64,000 nucleotides of DNA from Gemmatimonadaceae bacterium (lineage in GTDB: Bacteria > Gemmatimonadota > Gemmatimonadetes > Gemmatimonadales > Gemmatimonadaceae). The notes under the pieces are model-generated. The model saw only the letters and a list, made by a program, of their open reading frames with translations, was not told the origin of the DNA and did no database searches. Positions 48,964-58,514 of this stretch are shown piece after piece; within the stretch, counting starts at the first letter, position 1, and each line of letters opens with the position of its first letter. The stretch spans positions 1-64,000 of the forward strand of contig JBBDYA010000100.1 in assembly GCA_040902005.1 (NCBI GenBank), written 5' to 3'. Made by a program: the position numbers and the translations under genes.

Positions 48964-50136
48964 ATGCCACGCGGGGGGGGGGTGGGGCGCGGGTTGAGAT
49001 TCGGAACGCTCGCGGTGCATGGCGGCGAAGCGAACGCAGTGCGCGACGTGGACGCGCCTGTGGTGCACCCGCTCTTCCAGTCCGTGAATTACGTGCAGGA
49101 AATCGGAACTGCCGACGGCGTGCGTTATCCCCGCTACGGCAACACCCCGAACGCGGAAGTCGTGCAACGACGCATCGCCGCGATGGAACGCGCCGAGGCA
49201 TCCGTGCTGCTCGCCAGCGGACAGGGGGCGACGGCGTGCGCGCTCCTCGCGCTGCTCCGGCCGGGCGACCACGTCGTGGCCAGCGCGTGGATCTACGGCG
49301 GCACGCGACAGCTGCTGGAGCAGGAGTTTGTGGCCCTGGGCATCGACGTCACGCTCGTGGATCCGATGGAGACCCGGGTGTGGCGCCGCGCGATGCGCAA
49401 GCAGACCCGGGTGATTTTCGCGGAATGTCCGGTGAACCCGTCGTGCCGTGTGCTCGATCTTGACGCCATCAGCGGCGTGACCAAGCAGGCCGGCATCGCC
49501 CTCGTCGTTGACGCCACCTTCGCGAGTCCGGTAAACCTGCGGCCGCTCGAGCACGGCGCCGACGTGTCCATCCACTCCGCCACCAAGTTCCTCAACGGGC
49601 ACCACGACGTGCTCGGTGGTGTAGTGTCTGGAACGGCGCCGTACATCGAGGAGGTGCGCCGCAAGATGACGCTCTGGGGACAGGCCCCGGATCCGTTCGC
49701 GTGCTGGCTGCTGGAGCGCGGTCTCAAGACGCTGGAGCTGCGGGTGCTGCGACAGAACGACAGTGCACTGCAGGTGGCGCGGTGGGCGGAGGGTCGCAAG
49801 GAGATCCGCCGGGTCGTGTATCCCGGGCTCGCATCGCACCCCGACCACGCCGTCGCCACGCGCACGCTGGACGGATTCGGCGGCATGGTGGGCGTCGAGC
49901 TGGCCGGTGGGGGGCGGGCGGCGGAGCGATTCCTGCGACGGCTGAAGCTGTTTCGGCATGCCCCCAGCCTCGGGGGCGTGGAATCGCTCGTCTCGGAGCC
50001 CCGGTTCACGTCGCACGCAGACTTGAACGCCTCGCAGCGCCTGGCCATGGGTGTTCCTGATGGCTTCCTGCGGTTGAGTATCGGCATCGAGGCGGCGGAT
50101 GACTTGATCGCGGATCTGGAGCGCGCACTGCACTGA
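48964..50136 (+). CDS. Cys/Met metabolism PLP-dependent enzyme (cystathionine gamma-synthase/lyase family)
   Basis: TLAVHGG, YPRYGN.P, IYGGT, HSATKFLNGH, SLGGVESL, RLSIGIE. Confidence 0.9.
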   Translation: MPRGGGVGRGLRFGTLAVHGGEANAVRDVDAPVVHPLFQSVNYVQEIGTADGVRYPRYGNTPNAEVVQRRIAAMERAEASVLLASGQGATACALLALLRPGDHVVASAWIYGGTRQLLEQEFVALGIDVTLVDPMETRVWRRAMRKQTRVIFAECPVNPSCRVLDLDAISGVTKQAGIALVVDATFASPVNLRPLEHGADVSIHSATKFLNGHHDVLGGVVSGTAPYIEEVRRKMTLWGQAPDPFACWLLERGLKTLELRVLRQNDSALQVARWAEGRKEIRRVVYPGLASHPDHAVATRTLDGFGGMVGVELAGGGRAAERFLRRLKLFRHAPSLGGVESLVSEPRFTSHADLNASQRLAMGVPDGFLRLSIGIEAADDLIADLERALH

Positions 50137-51278
50137 TGGCCACGGAAACGACGGACGGGACGGATCGGCGCCGCCTCGAGCGGCGGGTGAACCACCGGCT
50201 GGCGGACATCACGCTGCCGGAATTCCGGCGCATGCTGATCACGACCATCCTGTTCGCCATCGTGCTCGTGCTCTTTCTCTGGATGGTCCGCACCGTCATC
50301 ATCGCGACGATTCTGGCGATCGTGGTCGCCGTCTACATGCGGCCGGTGTACCGGCGCGTGGCAGCGGCGACCGGCAGTCCGCCGACGGCCGCCGCTTTCA
50401 CCCTGCTCCTGGTGATCATCCCGGTCTTCGGGTTGCTCATCTACAGCTACGTGGAGATCGAGGAGGTCGCCCAGTACATCCAGCAGAACCAGAACGTCAT
50501 CGTCCAGCAGATCGACGCGGCCGTTCGCCGGTTGCCCTTCCTGGACAACGTGGACTCCGGGGAAACGATCCGGCGCTACGTCCTCGCCGTGTCGAACTAT
50601 GGCACGGAGATTCCCGGCACCGTGCGGGACGCGCTCTCCGGCTTCGCCGTGGCGGCGACGATCTTCATGTTCACGGCCTTCTACGTCTTTGTCGACACCG
50701 CGACGATCAGCGAATACCTCCGCTCGAAGATTCCGCCCCGCTACTCCGAACTGATGGCGGCGCTCGAGGCGAACGTGAAGGGCGTGCTCTATGGCGCGAT
50801 CTATTCCACGGTGGTCACCCAGACCCTGAAGTCGAGCATCCTCTTCCTCCTGTTCCTGCTCTTCGACGTGCCGCTCGCGGCCGTCCTCGCGATCGTGGCA
50901 TTCATCATCGGCTTCTTCCCGATCGTCGGTTCCTGGAGCGTGTACGTGCCCGCCGGGCTCTGGCTGCTGGTGTTCCGGCAATCGCCCGCGCAGGCGATCG
51001 CGCTCGTCGCCATCGGACTGTTCGTGAACACGATCTACATCTCCACGTACCTCCGGCCCAAGATCGCCGCGGAGAAGTCCAAGGTGCTGAACTTCTACTG
51101 GATGCTCGTCGGGCTCGTGACGGGCGTGTTCACGTTCGGCATCGTCGGGGTGTTGCTCGGACCCATGGTCATCGGGCTGCTGAAAGCGATCATCGACACG
51201 ATTTTTGCGACCTCCACCTGGCGGCTGCTCGACGACGACGAAGTGGCGGCCGGCACGACCGCCGAACGACCGGCATGA
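50136..51278 (+). CDS. AI-2E family transporter
   Basis: Multi-TM protein, FFPIVG, YLRP, GVFTFGIVGVLLGP. Confidence 0.85.
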   Translation: MATETTDGTDRRRLERRVNHRLADITLPEFRRMLITTILFAIVLVLFLWMVRTVIIATILAIVVAVYMRPVYRRVAAATGSPPTAAAFTLLLVIIPVFGLLIYSYVEIEEVAQYIQQNQNVIVQQIDAAVRRLPFLDNVDSGETIRRYVLAVSNYGTEIPGTVRDALSGFAVAATIFMFTAFYVFVDTATISEYLRSKIPPRYSELMAALEANVKGVLYGAIYSTVVTQTLKSSILFLLFLLFDVPLAAVLAIVAFIIGFFPIVGSWSVYVPAGLWLLVFRQSPAQAIALVAIGLFVNTIYISTYLRPKIAAEKSKVLNFYWMLVGLVTGVFTFGIVGVLLGPMVIGLLKAIIDTIFATSTWRLLDDDEVAAGTTAERPA

Positions 51279-51967
51279 TCCAGTTCTTCAACGTCACCAA
51301 GGAATATCCCCGCAGCGGACGCGCGCTCTCCGACACCACCTTCCGGCTTCACAAGGGAGAGTTCGCGTTTCTCACGGGGCCCAGCGGCGCGGGGAAAAGC
51401 ACGATCCTGCGGCTCGCGTACTTCGAGGAGCGACCCACCAGCGGCGAAGTCCGGGTGAGCGGCGTCAGCTCCAGCGAGATCTCCAGCCGCACCGTGGCCA
51501 CGCTGCGCCGCCGGCTGGGCATCGTGTTCCAGGACTTCCGGTTGCTCGACGACCGCACGGCGGAAGCGAACGTCGCGTTCGCGCTCGAAGTCACCGGCAC
51601 GCGCCGGGATCAGATCGGCCCCCGCGTCAATCGCGTGCTCGGCCAGGTCGGACTCGCCTCCAAAGCCAATGCGTATCCTCGCGAGCTCTCGGGCGGCGAA
51701 CAGCAGCGCGTGGCGATCGCCCGCGCGCTCGTGAACGACCCGTTCGTGCTCATCGCCGACGAGCCGACGGGCAACCTGGACGAACGCGCCACGCGCGGGG
51801 TGTTCCAGCTGCTGCGTGACATCAACGCGTCCGGCACCGCAGTGCTCATGGCGACACACAACCTGGAGCTCGTGCGCCGGACCGACTATCGCACCATCGA
51901 GATGGATCAGGGCAGGATCGTGTTCGACAGCGTGGACACGCGCCCGCCGGTACGGGACCTCACGTGA
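51275..51967 (+). CDS. ftsE: Cell division ATP-binding protein FtsE
   Basis: GPSGAGKST, GIVFQDFRLL, LSGGEQQR, ADEPTGNLD. Followed by ftsX. Confidence 0.93.
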   Translation: MIQFFNVTKEYPRSGRALSDTTFRLHKGEFAFLTGPSGAGKSTILRLAYFEERPTSGEVRVSGVSSSEISSRTVATLRRRLGIVFQDFRLLDDRTAEANVAFALEVTGTRRDQIGPRVNRVLGQVGLASKANAYPRELSGGEQQRVAIARALVNDPFVLIADEPTGNLDERATRGVFQLLRDINASGTAVLMATHNLELVRRTDYRTIEMDQGRIVFDSVDTRPPVRDLT

Positions 51968-52815
51968 GACTCGCGATCCGGGACGCCGTGTCCGCCGTGC
52001 GGAAAGCGCCGCTGCTCAGCGTCCTGAGCGTGACGACGATCGCCTTCTCACTCTTTGCCTTTGGGTTGTTCGGCCTGGTGGCCCTCAACATCCGGCACGC
52101 CATCGAGGGCGTGGAGGAGCGCGTCGAGATCCGCGCCTTCATCGCGGACGGCACGCCGATCGAGCATCAGGTGCGCGCCGCCGACGAGATCGCGAGCTAC
52201 CGCGAGGTGTTGAGTTCGACCGTCGTCACCAAGGAGCAGGCCCTGGTTCGCGCGCGACGCGAACTCGGCGAGTTCAGCGACGTGTTCGAGGCGGGCGTCC
52301 TCCCCGCGTCCATCGACATCCGGCTGCGCCCCGGGTTCCGGGACCCGCGCAACGTGGGCGCGATCGCCGCGCGCGTTCGCACGTTTGCCTTCGTGGACGA
52401 TGTACGGTACGGCGCGGAATGGATTTCCCAGCTGCACCGGCTCCGCAACATCGCGGGCGTCACGGGAGTCGCGCTGGGCATTGCCTTTGCCATCGTGGCC
52501 GTCATCATCATTGGCGCCACCATCCGCATGACCGTCCTCGCGCGCAGCACGGAGATCGCGATCATGCGCCTCGTGGGAGCCACGGACGGATTCATCCGCC
52601 GGCCCTTTCTCATCGAGGGGTTCATCAAGGGTATCCTCGGGGGGTCGCTCGCCCTCGCATTCACGTGGATCGCGGCCATGGTGCTGGAGCGCTACCTCAA
52701 CTTTCGCACGGTGTTCTTCGACGATCGACTCGTGGCCCTCGGGTTGGCCGGCGGCGCCCTGATCGGACTGCTGGGCAGCGCGTTCGCCGTGGGCCGGCAC
52801 CTGCGACGCGTGTGA
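51964..52815 (+). CDS. ftsX: Cell division permease FtsX
   Basis: TIR....R..EI.IMRLVGATDGFIRRPF.IEG. Confidence 0.92.
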   Translation: MRLAIRDAVSAVRKAPLLSVLSVTTIAFSLFAFGLFGLVALNIRHAIEGVEERVEIRAFIADGTPIEHQVRAADEIASYREVLSSTVVTKEQALVRARRELGEFSDVFEAGVLPASIDIRLRPGFRDPRNVGAIAARVRTFAFVDDVRYGAEWISQLHRLRNIAGVTGVALGIAFAIVAVIIIGATIRMTVLARSTEIAIMRLVGATDGFIRRPFLIEGFIKGILGGSLALAFTWIAAMVLERYLNFRTVFFDDRLVALGLAGGALIGLLGSAFAVGRHLRRV

Positions 52816-52823
52816 AGCAGGCC

Positions 52824-54035
52824 ATGGGGACTCGCCGCTCCGCCACAGGCCGGATGTCCCGCGTCGCGCTCCTGGTGTGCTGCGCCCTCCTCCTGGCTCC
52901 GCTCGCCGCGGGCCGCGCGCAGGACGCGCGCATCCGCCAGCAGCGTGAGGAACTCGAGCGCATCCGGCGCGAGCGCAGCGAGCTCGAACGGCAGATGGAG
53001 GCGCTCCGGAATACGGTGCACGAGCTCAGCGACGAAGTCACGTTGCTCGACCGGCGCGCCGAAGCCACCGCGCGCATCGTCCGCGCACTGGACGAGCAAC
53101 TCGTGGCCATTACGGTGGAAATGGACAGCACGTCGAGCCGCATGAGCCGCGCCGAGGCGGACCTGGCCCGGAAGCGCGTCATCCTGCGTCGCCGGCTCGT
53201 CGACATCTACAAGCGCGGTCCCCTGTATACTGCCGAGGCGCTGCTCTCGGCGCAGTCATTCGGCGAACTCGTGGGGCGATACAAGTACCTGCACCTCGTG
53301 GCCCTGCGCGATCGCGCGCTCGTCACCCAGATGGAGGAGCTCAGGAATCAGATCGCCCGGCAGCGTGACCGGCTCGTCGTGTTGCGACGCAGCCTCAGCG
53401 ACCGCCGGGAGGAGCGTCAACTGGAAGAGGAGCGTCTGCGCAGCCTGGAGCAGCAGCAGCGGCAGCAGCTGTCACTCACGCGCCGCGAGCAACAGCAGAC
53501 GAGCACCCGCCTGGCCAGCATCCGCCGAAGCGAAACGCAGCTGTCCAACGCGATCGCGGCATTCGAGGAGGAGCGCAGGCGTGCCGAGGCGGCCCGTCCC
53601 GCCGCCGCGCGCGCGGTCAGCAGCATCCGCGCAAGCGAGTACGGGACGCTCGAGTGGCCCGTCACCGGGCCGCTGATCTATACCTTCGGACGCGAGGTGC
53701 AGGCGAACAACACCGCGATCCGCTGGAACGGCATCGGCATCCGCGCCGCGGAGGGGGCGGAGGTGCGCAGCGTCGCCGCGGGACGGGTGGCCAGCGTCCG
53801 TCAGGTCGGCACGTACGGCCTCACGGTCATCCTCGAGCACGGCGGTGGAGACTACTCCATCTACGGCTCGCTCGCGGCCGCGAGTGTGCGGGCGGGCGAG
53901 GCCGTGACGAAGGGGCAGGTGCTCGGCACCGTCGGCATCTCCGATCCCGACCTGCCAGCCCACCTGCACTTCGAGATACGCCACGGGGAGCGTACCGAAG
54001 CGATTGATCCTTCCACCTGGCTCCGACGCCGATGA
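52824..54035 (+). CDS. envC: EnvC-like murein hydrolase activator (coiled coil plus M23 domain)
   Basis: Signal peptide, long coiled coil, WPVTG, YG....LEHG, HLHFEIR. Follows ftsEX. Confidence 0.8.
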   Translation: MGTRRSATGRMSRVALLVCCALLLAPLAAGRAQDARIRQQREELERIRRERSELERQMEALRNTVHELSDEVTLLDRRAEATARIVRALDEQLVAITVEMDSTSSRMSRAEADLARKRVILRRRLVDIYKRGPLYTAEALLSAQSFGELVGRYKYLHLVALRDRALVTQMEELRNQIARQRDRLVVLRRSLSDRREERQLEEERLRSLEQQQRQQLSLTRREQQQTSTRLASIRRSETQLSNAIAAFEEERRRAEAARPAAARAVSSIRASEYGTLEWPVTGPLIYTFGREVQANNTAIRWNGIGIRAAEGAEVRSVAAGRVASVRQVGTYGLTVILEHGGGDYSIYGSLAAASVRAGEAVTKGQVLGTVGISDPDLPAHLHFEIRHGERTEAIDPSTWLRRR

Positions 54036-54250
54036 CGGTCACCAAGCGCTGCGAAGTCTGTGGTCGATTCCGCCCCTACGCCGAGGATGATCGGTACTGC
54101 GTCATCTGCGGGCACGACACCCTGGAAAGCGCCTGCACCTGCGGCCGCGACTACGCGTACGCGCTCGACGACGGCAACGAGGGCACATCCCTTCACTGCC
54201 CGCGGTGCGGGCGAGGTCTGCGCGGGCGATCGAGTGAGTTCGACGCCTGA
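54032..54250 (+). CDS. Small double zinc-ribbon protein
   Basis: CEVC, CVIC, CTC and CPRC motifs. Coupled by ATGA. Confidence 0.7.
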   Translation: MTVTKRCEVCGRFRPYAEDDRYCVICGHDTLESACTCGRDYAYALDDGNEGTSLHCPRCGRGLRGRSSEFDA

Positions 54251-54257
54251 GCCGCAG

Positions 54258-55124
54258 ATGGACCTGCTGGGCGCCCACACCTCCGTCGCGGGCGGCACGC
54301 ACCTGGCGCCCGCGCGCGCGAAGGCCATCAGGGCCACCGCGATGCAGATCTTCACCAAGATGGCCAGCCGCTGGGCGGAGCGGGAATGCCTGGACGACGA
54401 ATGTCGCGCCTTTCGCACCGCGCTCGCCGAGACCGACGTGCGCGTGACCATGGCGCACGACTCCTACCTCATCAACCTGGCGAGCCCGGACGCGACGTTG
54501 CGACGCCGGTCCATCGAATCGTTCGTCGGCGAACTGAAGCGGTGCGAGGCGCTGGGCCTCGATCTGCTCGTGTCGCATCCCGGCAATCACATGGGCGACC
54601 ACCCGAGCGGACTGCGGCGCAATGCCGAGGCGATCGCCGAAGCCATGGAACGCGTTCCCGGACGGTGTGTGCTGGCGATCGAATGCACCGCCGGATCCGG
54701 CACGGCGCTGGGCGCGTCGTTCGAGGACCTCGCGGCGATCATCGCGTTCGTTCCCGAGCCGTATCGGAGCCGGATGGGCGTGTGCGCGGACACCTGCCAC
54801 CTGTATGCGGCGGGGTACGACCTGGTGAAGGATTTCGACGGCGTCTGGAATCAGTTTGACGACGTGGTGGGACGCGATCGCCTGCGGGCCCTGCACCTGA
54901 ACGACTCGAAGACGCCGTTTGGATCGCGCCGGGACCGCCACGAGCTGATCGGCGAGGGCTCGCTGGGACCGTCCCCGTTCCGCCGCATCATCGCCGACGA
55001 TCGCTTCGCAAACATTCCGAAGGTGATCGAGACGCCCAAGCTGGACGACGCCACGAGAACGGACCGCCGGATGCTGAACCGCCTGCGATCCTACGGACGC
55101 GTGGCGCGCAGGCAACGCCTGTGA
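54258..55124 (+). CDS. nfo: Endonuclease IV
   Basis: LGAHTS.AGG, HDSYLINL, HPG, DTCH..AAGYD, HLNDSK, DRH, IETP. Confidence 0.93.
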   Translation: MDLLGAHTSVAGGTHLAPARAKAIRATAMQIFTKMASRWAERECLDDECRAFRTALAETDVRVTMAHDSYLINLASPDATLRRRSIESFVGELKRCEALGLDLLVSHPGNHMGDHPSGLRRNAEAIAEAMERVPGRCVLAIECTAGSGTALGASFEDLAAIIAFVPEPYRSRMGVCADTCHLYAAGYDLVKDFDGVWNQFDDVVGRDRLRALHLNDSKTPFGSRRDRHELIGEGSLGPSPFRRIIADDRFANIPKVIETPKLDDATRTDRRMLNRLRSYGRVARRQRL

Positions 55125-55125
55125 T

Positions 55126-55476
55126 ATGCTTCGACGAATGTCGTCGCGCCCGGTGTCGATCCGTGTCCTCGCCCTGCTCTGGGCCGCACTGCAGCTCGCG
55201 TCGCCGGGGCTGAGCGCGCTTGCGGACGGCCAACTGTCCGCGCAGGAGTTGAGTCCGCGCGCGCACGTCGAGGCCACGTCCAGCGCGACGTGTCCAGTCG
55301 TGCACTCGCCCGACTGTGGCATGTGCCGCTATCTGTCGCAGGGAGCGCACATTCGTGCCGTCGCGCCGCTCGTCGCGCACGCTGCCGACGCCTGCACGGG
55401 GCTGCTGGTCGAACGCAACATCGCGTGCAACCCGGCCACGGCGCTCCCTCGCGATCGAGCACCACCTCTCGTCTGA
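55126..55476 (+). CDS. DUF2946-like leader protein (signal/TM, CxxC, C-terminal RAPP)
   Basis: Hydrophobic N-terminus, H.PDCGMC and terminal RAPPLV, located upstream of a metal-uptake operon. Confidence 0.7.
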   Translation: MLRRMSSRPVSIRVLALLWAALQLASPGLSALADGQLSAQELSPRAHVEATSSATCPVVHSPDCGMCRYLSQGAHIRAVAPLVAHAADACTGLLVERNIACNPATALPRDRAPPLV

Positions 55477-55573
55477 ACGTGTGACCGGCCCCGCGCGCCT
55501 GCGCGGTGAGGCCATGTGTCCTCCCCACTGCCCGCTCCGGGCCGTGGTACACGCTCAGCCCAAAATCGCAAAA

Positions 55574-56833
55574 ATGCATCGGCCAATTATCGTGGCGACG
55601 CTGCTTGTCGGCGCCGTCGCCACATCCGTCGCCGCGCAGCAGCCGGATTCACTGCGCGCCCGCGCGGACTCCATCGCACTCGTCCGCGAGCTCGAGGCGC
55701 GGGGCGATACGCTGCCCGTCCGCACCGGGCCGCAGGCCCCGCAGGTGATTCAACGCCTGCTCCCCGACCTCAGCGTCGTCGGTGATATCATCGGCGACCT
55801 CTCACCCGAAGGGAGCACGCAGGAGGATGCCAGCCGGTTCGGCGTCCGCGAAGTCGAGCTCGCGCTGCAAGCCGCGGTGGATCCGTACTTTCGCGGCGAC
55901 GTCTTTCTCGGCTTCAGCGACGCCGAGGGTGTGCACATCGAGCAAGCGTTCCTCACAACGACTGCGCTGCGGGGACTCGAAGCGCGGCTCGGACGCTTTC
56001 TCATGCCGGTGACCAAGGTCAACGCCACACACCGCCACGACCTCCATACAATCGAGTTTCCCTTGGTGGCACAGCGCTTTCTCGGGGAGGAGGGCCTGAA
56101 GGGTACGGGCGTCTATCTCAGCCGGATTCTCGCTCCTCTTGGCTTCTACCAGGAACTGCAGCTCGCCGCGGTGGACCGCTTCGGCGAGGCCGGGCACGGA
56201 CACGAGGACGAGGCAGGCGAGCGTCACACGATCGAGCCGCCCAACAAGGATCTGAGCGGGCTCGGCTTCTCGGCCCGGCTCCGGAATTACTGGGACTTCT
56301 CGGAGGACGCCAACCTGGAGCTGTCGGGCTCCGCGGTCACCGGGCGCCGCGAACAGCCATACGATTTCGGAATCCTCGTCGAAGAGAACGCGATCAACGC
56401 GCGGCAGAGCCTCCTCGGCGCTGATCTCACCTTCCGTTGGCGTCCGCTTCAGCAGGGGCTGTATCGCTCCTTCATCGTGCAGGCGGAATTCCTGCGGCAG
56501 GTGAACGAGCGCGTGACTGATCCCAATTATGGCGGTCCCGACCGTGATTTCAGCGGCGCCTACCTTTTTGCGCGCTGGCAGCTCACGCGCCGAGTCTACC
56601 TCGGCGGGCGCTACGATTGGCTCCAGGATCCCGACGCGCATGACGAGACGGACACCCCCCAGCCGGGACGAATCATGACCGCCGCTTCGGGGTATTTACA
56701 GTGGTTCCCGAGTGAGTTCTCGAAGCTGATGCTCGGGTTGGAGCGCACCATGCCCACCGGGCTTGCCGCGACGAACCGCATCCTCCTTCAAGCGACCTTC
56801 GCCCTCGGACCTCACAAGCCGCACCCGTTCTGA
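55574..56833 (+). CDS. Outer-membrane beta-barrel / porin-like metal uptake protein
   Basis: Signal peptide, EVELALQAAVDPYF, HRHD, alternating beta strands, C-terminal GPHKPHPF. Confidence 0.75.
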   Translation: MHRPIIVATLLVGAVATSVAAQQPDSLRARADSIALVRELEARGDTLPVRTGPQAPQVIQRLLPDLSVVGDIIGDLSPEGSTQEDASRFGVREVELALQAAVDPYFRGDVFLGFSDAEGVHIEQAFLTTTALRGLEARLGRFLMPVTKVNATHRHDLHTIEFPLVAQRFLGEEGLKGTGVYLSRILAPLGFYQELQLAAVDRFGEAGHGHEDEAGERHTIEPPNKDLSGLGFSARLRNYWDFSEDANLELSGSAVTGRREQPYDFGILVEENAINARQSLLGADLTFRWRPLQQGLYRSFIVQAEFLRQVNERVTDPNYGGPDRDFSGAYLFARWQLTRRVYLGGRYDWLQDPDAHDETDTPQPGRIMTAASGYLQWFPSEFSKLMLGLERTMPTGLAATNRILLQATFALGPHKPHPF

Positions 56834-56847
56834 TCGAGGATCCGCCA

Positions 56848-57768
56848 ATGCTGTCATACCGATTCGTCGCCGCGTTCGGCGCGGTTGTCACCCTCGCGCT
56901 CGCGGAACCCGCGGCCGCGCAGCTGAGAGTCGTCACGAGCACCACCGATCTGGCCGACATCGCGGCCGCCGTCGGCGGCGCGCGGGCGAGAGTGCGTCAC
57001 ATCAGCGAGGGATATCAGGATCCGCACTTCGCGGAGGCCAAGCCCAGCTTCGTTCTCCAGCTGCGCAATGCGGACGTCTTCGCGTTCGTCGGACTCGATC
57101 TCGAGATTGGTTGGATGCCGCTGCTGCTCCAGGGCGCCCGCAATCCGAAGGTGCAGGCGGGCGGCTCCGGCCACCTGGACGTGTCACAGGCGATCGAGGT
57201 GCTCGACCGCGCGACGCAGCGAGTGGATCGGAGTCAGGGCGATATCCACGCCGCGGGCAATCCCCACTACTGGCTGGACCCCGCCAACGGCCGCCGTATC
57301 GCGCAGCTGTTCGGGCGTAGGTTTTCGGCGCTCGATCCGGCGAACGCCTCGGAGTACGATCGGAATGCAAAGGCATTCGAAGCCAGGCTGAACGCCGCCG
57401 AACGCGACTGGCAACGCGATCTCGCGGGCATCCGGGGAAAGCCCGTCGTCGCGTACCACACCAGCTGGAAGTATCTGGCGGAGTACACGGGGATGAACAT
57501 CGTCGGGTTCATGGAACCGAAGCCGGGCGTCCCTCCCTCCCCCTCGCATCTGGCCGGACTCATTCTTCAGATCAAGCGCACCGGGGCCAAAGCGATCATC
57601 ATGGAGCCGTTCTACAGCAGGAGGGATGCGGATTTCGTGGCGAGCAAGACGGGGGCGAAGGTCGTCATCCTGCCGCCGTCCGTGAACGCCTTGCGGGATG
57701 CCAAGGTGGACGATTACGTCCGTTTGCTGCAGTACAACATCTCGTTGCTGGCAACCACCCTGAAATGA
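56848..57768 (+). CDS. ZnuA-like metal ABC substrate-binding protein
   Basis: QDPHF, GLDLE, NPHYWLDP, YH.SW.Y, EPKPGVPPS..H. Confidence 0.9.
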   Translation: MLSYRFVAAFGAVVTLALAEPAAAQLRVVTSTTDLADIAAAVGGARARVRHISEGYQDPHFAEAKPSFVLQLRNADVFAFVGLDLEIGWMPLLLQGARNPKVQAGGSGHLDVSQAIEVLDRATQRVDRSQGDIHAAGNPHYWLDPANGRRIAQLFGRRFSALDPANASEYDRNAKAFEARLNAAERDWQRDLAGIRGKPVVAYHTSWKYLAEYTGMNIVGFMEPKPGVPPSPSHLAGLILQIKRTGAKAIIMEPFYSRRDADFVASKTGAKVVILPPSVNALRDAKVDDYVRLLQYNISLLATTLK

Positions 57769-58514
57769 GCCGGCTGGTTCTGTTCGATCGCGCGACGCTC
57801 GGTTACCGGGGTCGCGCGGTGCTTTCCGACCTGTCCTTCGAGATACCGCCAGGCGACTTCCTCGGCCTGGTTGGACCGAACGGCGCGGGCAAGACCACCA
57901 TTCTCCGCGCGATCCTTGGCACCCTGAAGCCGATGTCGGGCACGGTCACGGTGGCGCCTGGGCTCCGGTTCGGATACGTCCCGCAGCGCGACTCCGTCGA
58001 CTACGGTTTCCCGCTCCGAGTACTCGATGTCGTGCTCATGGGGCGCTATGACCGCATCGGCCTTGCCAGGCGGCCCTCGCGCGACGACCGCGATCGCGCC
58101 GTCCGCGCCCTGGGTCATGTGGGCATCGAGCACCTGGCGGAGCAGCAGCTGAGCGCATTGTCCGGCGGACAGAAGCAACGTACCCTGATCGCGCGAGCGC
58201 TGGTGGGCGAACCGTCGGTGCTCGTGTTGGACGAGCCGACCAACGGGATGGACCTCGTCGCGACGACCCAGATCCTCTCGCTCGTCCGGGATCTGCACGA
58301 GCGCGACCACCTCACCGTGCTGATGGTCAGTCATGCGCTGAACGAAGTGGCCAACTACGTCGACCGTATCGCCCTCACCATGGAGGGGGCGTTTCGCATC
58401 GGCTCCGTGGACGAGATTGTCACGGAGCAGACGCTCTCCAGCATGTATGGCATTCCGGTAGAGGTGGACCAGCTGCACGGGCACCGTATCGTGGTGGCGC
58501 GACCGCGTGGCTGA
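57765..58514 (+). CDS. ZnuC-like metal ABC ATP-binding protein
   Basis: GPNGAGKTT, GYVPQ, LSGGQKQR, LDEPT. Confidence 0.9.
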   Translation: MSRLVLFDRATLGYRGRAVLSDLSFEIPPGDFLGLVGPNGAGKTTILRAILGTLKPMSGTVTVAPGLRFGYVPQRDSVDYGFPLRVLDVVLMGRYDRIGLARRPSRDDRDRAVRALGHVGIEHLAEQQLSALSGGQKQRTLIARALVGEPSVLVLDEPTNGMDLVATTQILSLVRDLHERDHLTVLMVSHALNEVANYVDRIALTMEGAFRIGSVDEIVTEQTLSSMYGIPVEVDQLHGHRIVVARPRG

